Source of the DNA: Takakia lepidozioides | Taxonomy: Eukaryota; Plantae; Bryophyta | Direction: 5' to 3' | DNA length: 64,000 bases | Assembly: GCA_030704615.1 (NCBI GenBank) | Contig: CM060734.1 | Span: forward strand, 20,274,001-20,338,000 | In this document: positions 24,970-36,600 of the stretch, piece after piece | How the letters are laid out: the number at the start of each line of letters is the position of its first letter | Position numbering within the stretch: position 1 is the stretch's first letter | Translations under genes and position numbers: made by a program | The notes under the pieces: model-generated | The model's database searches: none | Told to the model about the DNA's origin: nothing | The model's input: only the letters and a program-made list of their open reading frames with translations

Positions 24970-26732
24970 TGGAGTCAGACAAGCTTACGGGGAAGCTTGC
25001 ACGGTGGGCACTTATACTCCAGGAGTATGACTTTCAGGTTGTGCATCGACCGGGTTTGGTCAATCGGGATGCGGATGGATTGAGTCGCAATCCATGCATG
25101 AGCCAGCAGGATGACACTGGAGCTCGGTGGCATGGTGAGACGGACGAGGAGATGGTGCCGGGATGGCACGCATCTGCATTTTTGTGTATCTTGGCATCGG
25201 GAGGTCAGATTGGACCTACAACAGGGATGACTGTAGACGGAGTGTCTGAGGACCCTGAGGCTAGTGATGAGCTAGGTGGTGCCAGAGATATACATGAGGA
25301 TTCGGCTGTGTTGGACTACCTCCGCACGGGAGACACGGCAGCCATTGTGACTGCCAGGGAGAGGGATCGGATCCTGCAACGAGCCAAGAGGTTCAAGTGG
25401 GAGGGGATACACCTACTTCGAGTGTGGGAGGATGGTCGGGTGAGGATTGTGCCTCACCCCACACAGCGTGCACGGTTAGTGCGGCATGCCCATGAGGAGT
25501 TGGGGCATTTTGGAGTGCGACGCACTCACAGTTTACTGCAGGGGCAGTATTGGTGGCGTGGTATGCATACAGAGGTGCAACAGTTTGTGGCTAGGTGCAT
25601 GGTGTGTGACAGGGTGCGTGCTTCATTCAACGCCCCTACACCACAGTTGCATCCTTTACCTATCATGGGATTGGGCTACAGGTGGAGTCTTGACTTCGCA
25701 GGACCGTTGCCACTGACTATGCGCCACCACAGATATGTGTTGGTGATGGTGGAGCACTTCTCCAAGTGGATTGAGTTGGTTCCATTGCCTGACAAGGCTA
25801 GTGAGGGGGCTGCGTATGCATTCTTGGATCGTGTGCTTAGCCGATTTGGTGCTCCAGCTGAGGTACTCACGGACCAAGGGAGAGAGTTCTTGGGGGAGTT
25901 TCAGGCTTTGTGTGATAAAGCCTTGATAGACCACCGCACCACTTCTCGGGATCATCCTGAGGCCGATGGCTTAGCAGAGAGAGTTGTTCAGACGGTGAAG
26001 AGGGGTTTGCGCAAGTATGGCTTGCAGAAGGGACACCTAGGAGATTGGGATCTTCAGGTTCCTTGGTTAGCCATGGGCTACAGGTTCAGCAAACAAGCAT
26101 CACTTGCCTCCTTCTCACCATATTTCCTTCTCTTTGGCCGAGAGCCGGATTTGCCTGTAGCCATTCGTAGGGACACTGCTCAAGTCCTTAACCTTGACGA
26201 TCCGGATGTGTGGGTACGTGCATGTGATCAGCGTGCAGAGTTGTTCAAGAAAGTCATGCCCATGGCTTTTGAGAACCTTGCCATTGCACAGCACCGTGAT
26301 ACGTTGAGGTATGCCACTATACGTGGTGGAGGATATCGTCCTGGGGTTCGGAGGTTTAGCCCTGGTGACTATGTTTATTTGCAGCAGACTGCTCCTACGA
26401 CTCTGGATGTTACTGCAGGGCGTGTTATTCTGAGGGTTCGAGAGGTGTTGCCCTCAGGGGTCCTGATCTTGGAGGGTCGGGATGGCATGACTTGGAAGGA
26501 CCATGTGCGTAATTGTGCGCCATGTCACCTTCCCAATGTCGATGGCAGAGTTGACCCAAACTTGGCAGTGGTACCTGCAGGTTTGAGGTGCATGCTCTGT
26601 GGGTCTGCCAAAGGGGCAGCCACCATGCTGGTGTGTGATCGATGCTCAAGGGGTTGGCATATGGGATGCTTGACACCACCTCTTGAGAAGGTTCCTGACG
26701 GAGATTGGTTGTGTCCACACTGCTTGGGATAG
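24873..26732 (+). CDS. DDE integrase with C-terminal PHD finger
   Basis: HHCC (HEELGHFG...CMVC); core LDFAG, TDQG, GLAER; PHD CMLC...CDRCSRGWHMGCLTPPLEKVPDGDWLCPHC (26589-26723). Confidence 0.95.
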   Translation: MLSCSVGRGTLQVLSIRQSFHLVTDHQPLKWLMESDKLTGKLARWALILQEYDFQVVHRPGLVNRDADGLSRNPCMSQQDDTGARWHGETDEEMVPGWHASAFLCILASGGQIGPTTGMTVDGVSEDPEASDELGGARDIHEDSAVLDYLRTGDTAAIVTARERDRILQRAKRFKWEGIHLLRVWEDGRVRIVPHPTQRARLVRHAHEELGHFGVRRTHSLLQGQYWWRGMHTEVQQFVARCMVCDRVRASFNAPTPQLHPLPIMGLGYRWSLDFAGPLPLTMRHHRYVLVMVEHFSKWIELVPLPDKASEGAAYAFLDRVLSRFGAPAEVLTDQGREFLGEFQALCDKALIDHRTTSRDHPEADGLAERVVQTVKRGLRKYGLQKGHLGDWDLQVPWLAMGYRFSKQASLASFSPYFLLFGREPDLPVAIRRDTAQVLNLDDPDVWVRACDQRAELFKKVMPMAFENLAIAQHRDTLRYATIRGGGYRPGVRRFSPGDYVYLQQTAPTTLDVTAGRVILRVREVLPSGVLILEGRDGMTWKDHVRNCAPCHLPNVDGRVDPNLAVVPAGLRCMLCGSAKGAATMLVCDRCSRGWHMGCLTPPLEKVPDGDWLCPHCLG

Positions 26733-26981
26733 TGGCAGTGGACATGACTGGAGGCAGCTAACAAGACATGGGAGGCCAAGCTCATAGGAGTCAATACATG
26801 AGATCCCAAGCTCAAGTTCACAGGTTGCAAGACGGCGACTAACGATGGGGCAACTCTTGCACCCGGCCTCTTGATCTATCGAGTTTGAGTGTAGTAGGGA
26901 TAGTGGTGGAGGACTTAGTGAGGCTATGGTCACTATCACATCTTGTGGCTACCTGGACTTAGAGGGACCTAAGCACCAGCT

Positions 26982-26991
26982 AGGGGGGCGA
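26982..26991 (+). promoter_or_regulatory. Polypurine tract
   Basis: AGGGGGGCGA directly upstream of the TG that starts repeat B1. Confidence 0.6.
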
Positions 26992-26992
26992 T

Positions 26993-27180
26993 TGTGTGGA
27001 CTAGTGATTGCCATAGTGGGCAGCGTAGTGGCAGCCTAGTGACTGACTAGTTGTAGCCTAGTGGTTGGACTAGTGGCTGGACTAGTGGTATACTAGTGGT
27101 ATACTAGTGTGTGGTGTGCACATGTGTTGTGTGGTTTTGGACAGCGATGTAGTTGTGTAGCGATATGTATGCGCACGACA
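26993..27180 (+). repeat. Repeat B1 (188 bp)
   Basis: Same as 27511-27686 apart from one extra 12-bp CTGGACTAGTGG unit. Confidence 0.93.
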
Positions 27181-27182
27181 GC

Positions 27183-27509
27183 TGTCAAGTTATTTTACCA
27201 CTAGTGTGAAACTAGCTAGGAAATAGCTAGCTTTTACATATTGACATTTGGGATTGGCCCAAGTGTCAATCCAGGGGTCAAGGCAGATTTAGGCCCTGGA
27301 GTGGTTATCTTCACGGCAAGCGTGGGAGGCTCATCTTTCTCGAGTTGAGCCTCACCGCGCCTAGCTATGGCGCCGTAGTGTGGATTCCCCATGGCGTGGG
27401 GTGCACTTGGCTTGACTTGTATTTGAGTGATGAGGTTATATATGCATGAGTTTATGCTTCAGCTTTGTGAGCTCGCATGAGCTTGTGCTTGTATTCTTCT
27501 TCTTTATCA
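27183..27509 (+). repeat. Repeat A2
   Basis: Copy of 16225-16551, joined to B1 by the palindrome GACA-GC-TGTC. Confidence 0.95.
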
Positions 27510-27510
27510 T

Positions 27511-27686
27511 TGTGTGGACTAGTGATTGCCATAGTGGGCAGCGTAGTGGCAGCCTAGTGACTGACTAGTTGTAGCCTAGTGGTTGGACTAGTGGTATACT
27601 AGTGGTATACTAGTGTGTGGTGTGCACATGTGTTGTGTGGTTTTGGACAGCGATGTAGTTGTGTAGCGATATGTATGCGCACGACA
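27511..27686 (+). repeat. Terminal repeat B2 (176 bp)
   Basis: Copy of B1; ends GACA followed by TSD GTGC. Confidence 0.93.
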
Positions 27687-28559
27687 GTGCCTTCATTAGC
27701 AGTGCCTGATTTTATCCATTGTGCCGCTGTTGCGGCAGCTTCCAGTTGACCATCTGTTTCTTGTAGCTATCCTCCACAAGGAATCATAGGTAATGTGGAG
27801 CTTGAAATCCGGGCCTCTTGGATGAATCTGGACCCACAATCTATCCCTGCACTCCTTCAGCTATCCATGCCTGTGTACAAATCGTGAATACATCCTCAGC
27901 CTTGCTGCAGCTAGCAGCTGACACTGACGCCCTAACCCTGCCTACAGTAACATGTCAAAATCACTCCAAAATCACCATAAAGATTCACCAACGAGCTTCT
28001 CCTCATCTATGTTATCTGTTTTTGGATACTTTCTTGCTGCCACATCGGCAGTAACTTGTCAAAGTCACTCCTAACCACCACAGATCCACCCAACGAGCTT
28101 CTATCTGTTTGAGTTGAACCCTTGTATCATCGTCAAGAGAAACTTACAAATCTCTCACCTTCCTCTATTCCATCTCTCTCACACAAACAACCAGATTGTC
28201 ATCTGCTGTCACACTTGTGTTGGTAACTAGCTAGACTCCTGCAAAATCAGCTGTGAATAATTATGGCCACTTCACAAAGAGACTACAGAGGAAAATGCAT
28301 TGGAGATGGAGAGATAGAGATGGAGAAGACTAAGTGGCAGACTTGTCCATGGAGGAAAATACTCAACAAATCTCTTGGTTACTAAGAGACCTTCTCCACT
28401 TGTCAAACAGGGATGAGTTTGCCCTGAATCTCCCATGCCGACTATTGCAGCCTGCGCACCACCTCCCGAATCTAGACGTATTCCTATTTGTGCGTAAGAA
28501 TAACAAAAGGAACGAGAAGAGTTCGTGTGTGCCCCTTGGCGTTCCTTTGGAGACCCAAA

Positions 28560-29360
28560 AACTGGTACTTTCCAGTTTTGACGATATCCCCATGCACCTC
28601 TTTGCCCTTCTCTAGGGCTGCCAGGCTTGCACAACGCCACGTCTTGTTCAGCCATAGTGTTGAACACTCCCTTTGCATCCTAGATGCACCCACATTTTGC
28701 AAACATGTCCACCAAGGTGTTGTTCAAAATGAAATCTGGTACAATTCCAGCTCTGAAGATGTCGCCATGGACCTCTTTCCCCTTTAGAATGACATTTGGT
28801 ACTTTCCAGCTTTGACGATATCCTCATGCACCTCTTTGCCCTTCTCTAGGGCTGCCAGGCTTGCACGACGCCACGTCCTGTTCAGCCATAATGTTGAACA
28901 CTCCCTTTGCATCCTAGATGCACCCACATTTTGCAAACATGTCCACCAAGGTGTTGTTCAAAATGAAATCTGGTACAATTCCAGCTCTGAAGATGTCGCC
29001 ATGGACCTCTTTCCTCATTTCCAGAGCTGCCAGGGCAGTGTTTAGAATGACATTTGGTACTTTCTAGCTTTAACGATATCCCCATGCACCTCTTTGCCCT
29101 TCTCTAGGGCTACCAGGCTTGCACGACGTCACGTCTTGTTTAGCCATAGTGTTGAACACTCCCTTTGCATCCTAGATGCACCCACATTTTGCAAACATGT
29201 CCACCAGGGTGTTATTCAAAATGAAATCTGGTACAATTCCAACTCTGAAGATGTCGCCATGGACCTCTTTCCCCATTTCCAGAGCTGCCAGGGCAGTGTT
29301 CAGAATGACGTTTGGTACAACTCCAGCTTTGATGATATCCCCATGCACCTCTTTGCCCAT
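28560..29360 (-). pseudogene. Tandemly triplicated PLS-type PPR fragment (CACTA cargo)
   Basis: Three near-identical ~230-270-bp units encoding ALEKGKEVHGDI...ILNNTLVDMFAKCGCI*DAKGVFN, with stops. Confidence 0.8.
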
Positions 29361-30144
29361 GACCAGCTCTGCTACCTACTGCTATGAGCTGCATTGTTCA
29401 TGTTTGAACTCAGTTAAGTCAGCCGCCAAAAGATCAAGTTGTTCTCCAGCAGCTTTCAGGTGTGATTGGGGCAGTCCTTGAAGCACCAAAATTCTGGCAT
29501 TAACTACCGTTGCACTACCCACATGAGGAGCTGCCCTCTCCTCAGCAGACTTGGCAGTCTTGCCGAGTCCAACTATCATCACATGTAGGGTTTGTAGTTC
29601 CTGTTCAGGCTCAGCCACTCGAGGTAGCCTATACTATATGCGCACACAAATGCATGCATATGGAGGAATGTATGCATGCATACAAATTTTAGATATGCAT
29701 AGGAACAATTTTATATGCACAACACTTAAATAAGGGTACCCAAAAAAAAACAAAAAATTGTGATTCATCTAATCTTAGGGTCCATAGTCAAAATATCAAA
29801 GGATGGAATAAGAATATTCTATATAGAATATTCCATATTCATTGTATTATTATTCCACATGGGTGAGTGTAGGACTGGGAGAGGAACATGTTGCTTTTAT
29901 GGCTTTCCAACATGAGAAAAAAGGTCGAAAAATTAAAAAGTGACGAGGCACGGCTCTTTGTTAGATACAAATGGTGAAGGTACGGGCTCTTCCAATGGTG
30001 GGAGTCTAGTTTGAAGTTCAGAATGGAGCAATGCTAAGGGAATGCTAGGGAGCTTGACAATGCTATGGAGCTTGTTACATAGGTTTTGCAGTATCTATAT
30101 ATCTATCTTCTGAAACATTTTTATTTTACAAAAACATAATGTCC

Positions 30145-30205
30145 ATCAGAGATAGAACCCACAACCTATCGGGTATCAAGCCTAGTTCATACCACTACAC
30201 TACCC
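30145..30205 (-). mobile_element. tRNA-like SINE head inside the MULE
   Basis: Minus strand reads TAGTGTAGTGG (A box-like) ... GGTTCTATC (B box-like). Confidence 0.35.
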
Positions 30206-30572
30206 ATTCAAACTTGAAACGCTAATGAAATGAAACACTAATGAGATAAAGATAGTCACCCTGTGTGTACATAACATGTCACAATACTCATAAGGGTTGA
30301 TCTTACTAATGATGAAATTTGATAGTGCCGAAGTGCATGTCGAACTTGCATTAAGGTAAAGGGATCTATGAAATGCAGTAGAGATCTATGTACAAACTAT
30401 TACATAGATAAATCAAATGACAGGAAGATAACATGAAATCTGATTTCAACACCATGTCATTTGCCCCATTTGTTTTACCTTACACTAGAGAGAAATACAT
30501 GTATCATAAAAAATAACAAAAAATTCAGACTGACAATGAGGACAATGTATTGTATATGTAATTTCTAATTAC

Positions 30573-33500
30573 CTACATAACATCATCTTCATCATCCATG
30601 TCATAAGCCTGTGATTCAGAGGCATACACATCCATGAAAGCCTCAACTCTACGCAACCTATCCACGGATTGTCCAACAATAGCTGCTCTTTGGTCAAACA
30701 ACATATCATTGGAAAGACCTACATCACGATGTATTGAATGCAAAGCTTGGGACTCGGCATACGAAGGTAGATAAAACGATGAAAGAGGACTTTGGGGTAG
30801 ACTATCGTAGATGGTCCGTACAATCCCATCACTGCATCACACATACATGTATACTTATGTTAACAAATCAAATGGGAATGGTTTGCTTTGCAAATAATAT
30901 AGAGATTGCAACAAAGGGAATGGAGGCGAGACATACTCACTAGGAAGTACTGCCGAGATGAAGACCAAGCTTGCACGCCACCTTAGGAGCGGGGGGTTCC
31001 AACAAACTCACAGGACGTTGAATGGTTGGAGTTACCACAGATGAAACCAAAACGGGTTGAGTATTTTGAAGTGCGGAGAGACGTGCTGCAAACAACGTCT
31101 GGTCCCCCTCAAGACCAAATACGTGACGTCCAGACTCGCAAGCAGCAATAAATGTAGAACTTGCAGGAAAAAAACATGCAATGATGATATTATATCGGAT
31201 AACAGTTAATGATCATGAATCAGCTCAGAAGATTTTAATTACAAAATGGAGACCAATGCAAACCTGTGCCAGCTGTGAGATCCAAAATGCGGGAGCCAGG
31301 AGGTGAGCATGTCTCCAACAACACTTGCATGAAGGCGGGACTACGGTCTCGCGCACCCCTCCAGGCTTGTTGAGGAGTTTGCATGGGTAGTGCAACATCT
31401 GGAATGTGGTTGTAGATGGCATCCAACTCAATAGGGTCTGCAAGGGGGTCCACAACTTTGCCAGACTCACGCAATTTGAATAGTCCTCCTTGCTTGGTGA
31501 GGACATGGGCGTGGAAAAACATGGTCTGTTAGACGTGCCATTTCCACAAAAACAGTGCACCCGGATGGTTTAATAATATGTATGAGAGTAGGAAGATGAA
31601 ACATCAAACAATGAGATATTGAAGAGGGATGATTTTTACCTTTCCTGTCTGAGTGTGTAGAGGGGTGGTATTGATGCAAGTATATTTCCTTGATAATACG
31701 GAAATAGAGCTGCCCCTGGAGTAAGAAAATTGCTCCAATGCAAAGGAATCATCGGAGCCCTGCAAGAACACCAAGCATCCATTGTCATCCAACAAGTCAT
31801 TAGCAATGGAGAATGCATACTCCCAATACCGTTTATCAAAAGCATTCCAGGGAGGAACCTATACACCATCCAAACAGCCCTGTACAGGCATTCCTGTTGG
31901 GCAGTCCACGATGATCATGTCCACAGCCACATGCACGCTTTTTCCATCCACAACACTAGACCAAGTTCCTGGCAACTGCAAACAACATACAGAAAATGTC
32001 GGAGTCAATAGCCGGATGATGAGGATATAAAAACATCGAAGAATTCCTTACATTCAAGTTTGTTTGTTGGGGGAAACTCACATTTTTTAAGAAATCCATG
32101 AGCTCTTTCAAGGTCGCATCAGGAGATGTAATTGAGGCCTCCACCATATCAATGAAATGAGTAGGCATGATCTTCATGCGATACATGCTAGGTGCACCAC
32201 CAGAAAATGACACTGCACTGTAAGGATGTTCGCCTGCCTTTGGCTTGTTTCCTCGAGTAGTAGGTGCAGGCACTACAACCAACTGATTTGAAGGATGTGA
32301 AGAACTACCAATAGGACCAACAATAGAAGCCACACATGCATTGGGGGCCACACCTGCATTGACATCCGCACCTTTTCTTTTTCGTGATTTGCGTTTTGGT
32401 ACACCCACAACGGCAGGGACCACTTGGGCTACAGCGTCAGCGGCCTGTGTAGCAATCTGTTCTGCATGCTCCAGATCAAGAACAGGGACTTCAGTGGAGA
32501 TACCCCCTTCATCACTCACTGCGAACACATTCCTTATGAAGTCCCATTTCTGCATAGGGGATAGTACCCTTGGGCATATCCAAATAACAACCCCCCCCTT
32601 CCTGGTGTTCCACACCCCAATCTTCCTCAATTGCAGGTGTGTACATGGAAGCTTGTTGAGCACCAAACTTCCAGGCCATCAGAAACTTGGGCTCAGCCTT
32701 AAGTCGATCACTCGGTACAAGCACAAATCTCATGTACCTAAAATACAAACACATTCAAAGTTATTGTGGAGACAAATATTTATGCAACCTGTTCAACAAT
32801 TGAACAAGCACATTAAGAAACATGTATATCCCAATGTACTAGAAAAATACTTGAAGCATAGACATTTTTGACTTACAAGGTGTATACACTATCCATGTAC
32901 AATGCAATGGAAAGATGGTACCTGAATAAAATCCGTCTCACCACCTTCTCCCCACCTGTTTGTTGTTCCCAATCATTGCCTCTGAATGGCCCCTTTGGCA
33001 ATGAGAACTCTCTATGAAACAACTCATTGAAATGAGTCATCTTCCATGTATCCATGTAGTCTCCCAGACTCTCACTCTCTCCTTCCTCCAAGGCAACATG
33101 AAATTGGCCAAGCTGAGTGGTGTACAAGGCAAACTGAGCCAAGGCAACCTTGCGAAGCTGCCAGAAAATACAGTCAGTTAAATAACTATGTTAATGTGTC
33201 ATCAACAAAATGAATTAATTGCATTGAGAAGATAGTGATTGTATATGTACCTGCCACCAAAAAGTCCTTCTATTCAGCCAAGGATCAAGTGTTGGCCCAC
33301 TGATAGGCCTGGTTGGAAAAAAATTATGGTCGTGAAGTGTTTGGTCTTCATTCCATATATGTAGCCATTCCACCTTTTCTTCAGGATCCACCCGGGCGGT
33401 AGCAATGTTCACCATTTTCTCTTGGGTCATTTCCTCTGATCCTGCCTTTACACGTGACCAATGCAGTTTAAGTTCTTGGAGAAACCCCTCTCCAAGGGTT

Positions 33501-33600
33501 GGATCAGCAATAGGAAGCAACTTCACAAGCTGACTCTTGTGTTGCTCCCTTGCTACATGCCTCAAAAAATTTGGACCTTCTGGATTGATGATACACATAA
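30573..33600 (-). pseudogene. Spliced gene with C-terminal beta-class N4-cytosine/N6-adenine DNA methyltransferase-like domain
   Basis: Exon 31975-31640: VDMIIVDCPTG, LLDDNGCLVF. Exon 31525-31264: FMQVLLETCSPPGSRILDLTAGTG. Next exon from 31160: STFIAACESGRHVFGLEGD. Acidic tail ends at 30573. In-frame TAG at 31859-31861 and an apparently mutated acceptor near 31161. The 5' end is approximate. Confidence 0.72.
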
Positions 33601-33696
33601 GTAATGTAAGCCATTTAATGTATTTGCATAAGGTCTTGCAAGATGTGTGCTTTCATTCATTTTGCATCTTCTCTCAAACTTTGAGGGCATTGCCAA

Positions 33697-36600
33697 ATGT
33701 CTACACCAAAATATGCAGTGCTTTCATGTCCACCTGATGCAAAAGTGGTTCGTTATCCTTGCAATGGAAACAAGTGCATTATCCCAGAACCTTGGTTATG
33801 CAATAGATTCAAACTTGTTCCGGGTTCAGTTTTTTTGGAGGATGATGGAGATGATGATGCCTCCACAATGTTGCTTCCAGTTTTCAATGACGGCCAAAAG
33901 CAATGGGAGTTGTTTCCAGACACTTTCTCCAAGTACCGTGTCACAGGTACGAGCTATACACAGTCACATGATGAGAGGCACACTTCTATTGCAAGAAAGA
34001 ACGATCAAGCTGCAACAAATGGGAGTTGTAAATTGAAGGAGGAGGTTGCAGATTCGGCGAGCTTGGGGTCTCATAATTCGGATTGTGTTGAGGTTTTCTA
34101 AGAGTGTATTTTGTGGATCTCAACCTTCCTCATCTGCTCATATGGTCTTGCTTCACGACATGAAGCCTCGGAAAACTCCATTGGACAACACCACGTCTGA
34201 TTGTTGCGAATCTGCGAGGGGTTTATCTTCATCTCCACGACTAGCAGGGGAGGCTACATCTGCATTTCCTTCTGGTGTGTTGTCCATTTTGAGTATCTTG
34301 GCCACTGCTCGGAGGAATGGATCAAAAGGAGAGCTTTCTACCTTGGACTATAGTCACATTCCAGTGCATCGTGTTCGGTGTCTTCCTCGAGCTTTTGATG
34401 GAAAAGTGATCCACGAACTCCCCCCCGTGGTCAAACTACGTACGGACCGTGGTTCACAGTCCCTCCAAGGCATGGACCGCAAGTTTGATGGTCATCCTTG
34501 GTGCAAGACCAATACCTACAATATGTCTGGTGTTCCAGATCATGTGAAATGTAGTAAGGTTCTTTGTGTTGGAAAGCTCATATGTCAAAGCAGCACTTGC
34601 CCCTTCTTCAAGAAAGAAGGAGAACGGAATGACCGCTATTGGGAAGGCAATGCAGACAAGGTGTTCATTGCAGGAGCCCAAGTTCCATTCAACCAGTTCA
34701 AGTGTAGTTTCTGCAAAGAAAGACCTTTCTGTGAGGCGCATTGTGGGGCAAGAATGTACTATGTCACAAGTTCCCTTCCAACATATACACGTGTTGCAGT
34801 TCACGTTGGGTTTCATAACCATCCATGTGCCAAGGGCGAGAATAGAGAGGCTGCGGAAAATGCATCAAGCATGATTCAAGAGCACGTTAAGATGAAGCCA
34901 TGGTCGACCCCGGGAGCTATTTCCTTGTCAATGGCCCAAAAGCTCTTGATTGATCAAGTTCTTGTGGCTGATGGCACAGAGACAGTACGTCTTGAGGGAG
35001 AGGCTTTGGAAGATATTCTTGAAGAGTTTGCCAATGTTTGTAGCCCCAATGTGAAAAACAAGGTCGCATCTGCACGTGTCAATTCCATCATGTCCATATT
35101 GGAGTTGAAGCGTCTGAGTACATACCATTTCATTCACAGCAATCTCCTTCCAGGCCAGCATACTTCTCATCTCCCCCATGTTTTCAAGATGTCTGTTGCT
35201 GGTCCCGGGAGTGGTGTTGATCTTGTGCGTCGCATGAGTGAGGGGGATCTACGCACAAGTTGGGTAGTATTTGACCATGTCAAACGCATCAAGGATTGGA
35301 CAACTCTTGCGTGTCATGTCTATGAACCATATGTCAAGCGAATGATGACCATTGCCATTTGCGATATGAAAACAGAGGATGCAGATGCTCAGGTGTTATT
35401 CTGAGAGATGATCAATGAACAAGCAAAACTTGCTGGCTTGAACAAACCAAATTTTGCTGGCTTCATGGCGGATGCAGCAGGAGCGAATTGGGCTGCTGTT
35501 CGAAGGGTTTATGGATCTGATCCCAATGTCCCAATGGAAGGTAAAGAAAGAACATGTTTATATCATTGGGCTGAAAGCCTCCGAAGACACACCAACGACT
35601 ATATCTTGGAGGACTTCCGTGAAATGCACACTCAGCTCTGTTATGAATGGAAAGATAGTGCTACCTTGGAGGATGCTACAACCACATACATTGCAATTCG
35701 GGCTTGGTGGCTCTCTTCAGGAGCATGCACAGAAAAGAGTCTGCCAAAACTGGATTCATGGCTTGCATGGTGGCACTACAGATATCGAATGTGGGGCCAA
35801 TGGATGAGAGAGGACATGGATGTGGAGGCAGATGCAGATATGCCTACCACTAATTTGTCTGAGGCAGTCCATTCTGCTTGGTGGAAGACAGCAGGCAATG
35901 GGAAAAAAATGAAGGTGGATCTATATGAGGCCACCATGCATGACATATCACGAGCTCTTTTGCAGCAGGCAACATTTTACAGGCACACCACAGGAAAGAC
36001 ATGGGGGACGGGGCCCGACAAAGAGGAGCTCATGTTGCGTCAAGCAGCTAGATCTAATAGCCCAGCAAAAATGGGTAAGGTTGTACGTGGCATAGTAGCT
36101 GAAACACCCATGCACACAAGGGGGGTTCAATTGGAGGGAGACAATCGCACTATTCCAGTCAAACGCAAGTTAGGCGATGAGCATGGTGGGCCAAACGAAT
36201 CTTGGAGGTGTGATATGAATGTAAAGACTGTTCCAGTGCGCACCACTGGGATGCCCAGTCCACACCATCCATCTAGGTTTGTCAGCTCCAAATCAAGTCA
36301 TGACATTCCTGGTTCTTCGACTTTCTATGAGACAAATCCACATGTTGCTCTCCCTCCTCAGCCAATGCAATGGGGAAATCCAGCGAGAGAGACACAAAAC
36401 TTTTCCGATGCATTGTTCAGGATTCAGCGGACAGGTCCTACTTCCATGGTTCGTTGTTCTGCCATGGTTGGAGTTTCCAAAGATAAATGCAAAGCGCTCA
36501 TCAGGAAAGGTAAAGGAAGTCCTGCACCTTACTTCACTGGCAAGTTACTAGCACCGAACATGAAAGAACCAAAACTGCAAGTTTTTTGGTTTTGCCCCAC

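Larger units (their letters stand above)
16225..27686 (+). mobile_element. Ty3/Gypsy retrotransposon encoding a C5 DNA methyltransferase and a PHD finger; split repeats A...B-A-B
   Basis: Ends TGTC...GACA with 4-bp TSD GTGC (16221-16224, 27687-27690). Domain order gag, protease, DNMT, RT, RNase H, integrase, PHD. Confidence 0.93.

Noticed and set aside
16225-27686. DIRS/Ngaro tyrosine-recombinase element, suggested by the split repeats and methyltransferase
   Set aside because: It encodes an aspartic protease and a DDE integrase, shows no tyrosine recombinase, and has a 4-bp TSD.
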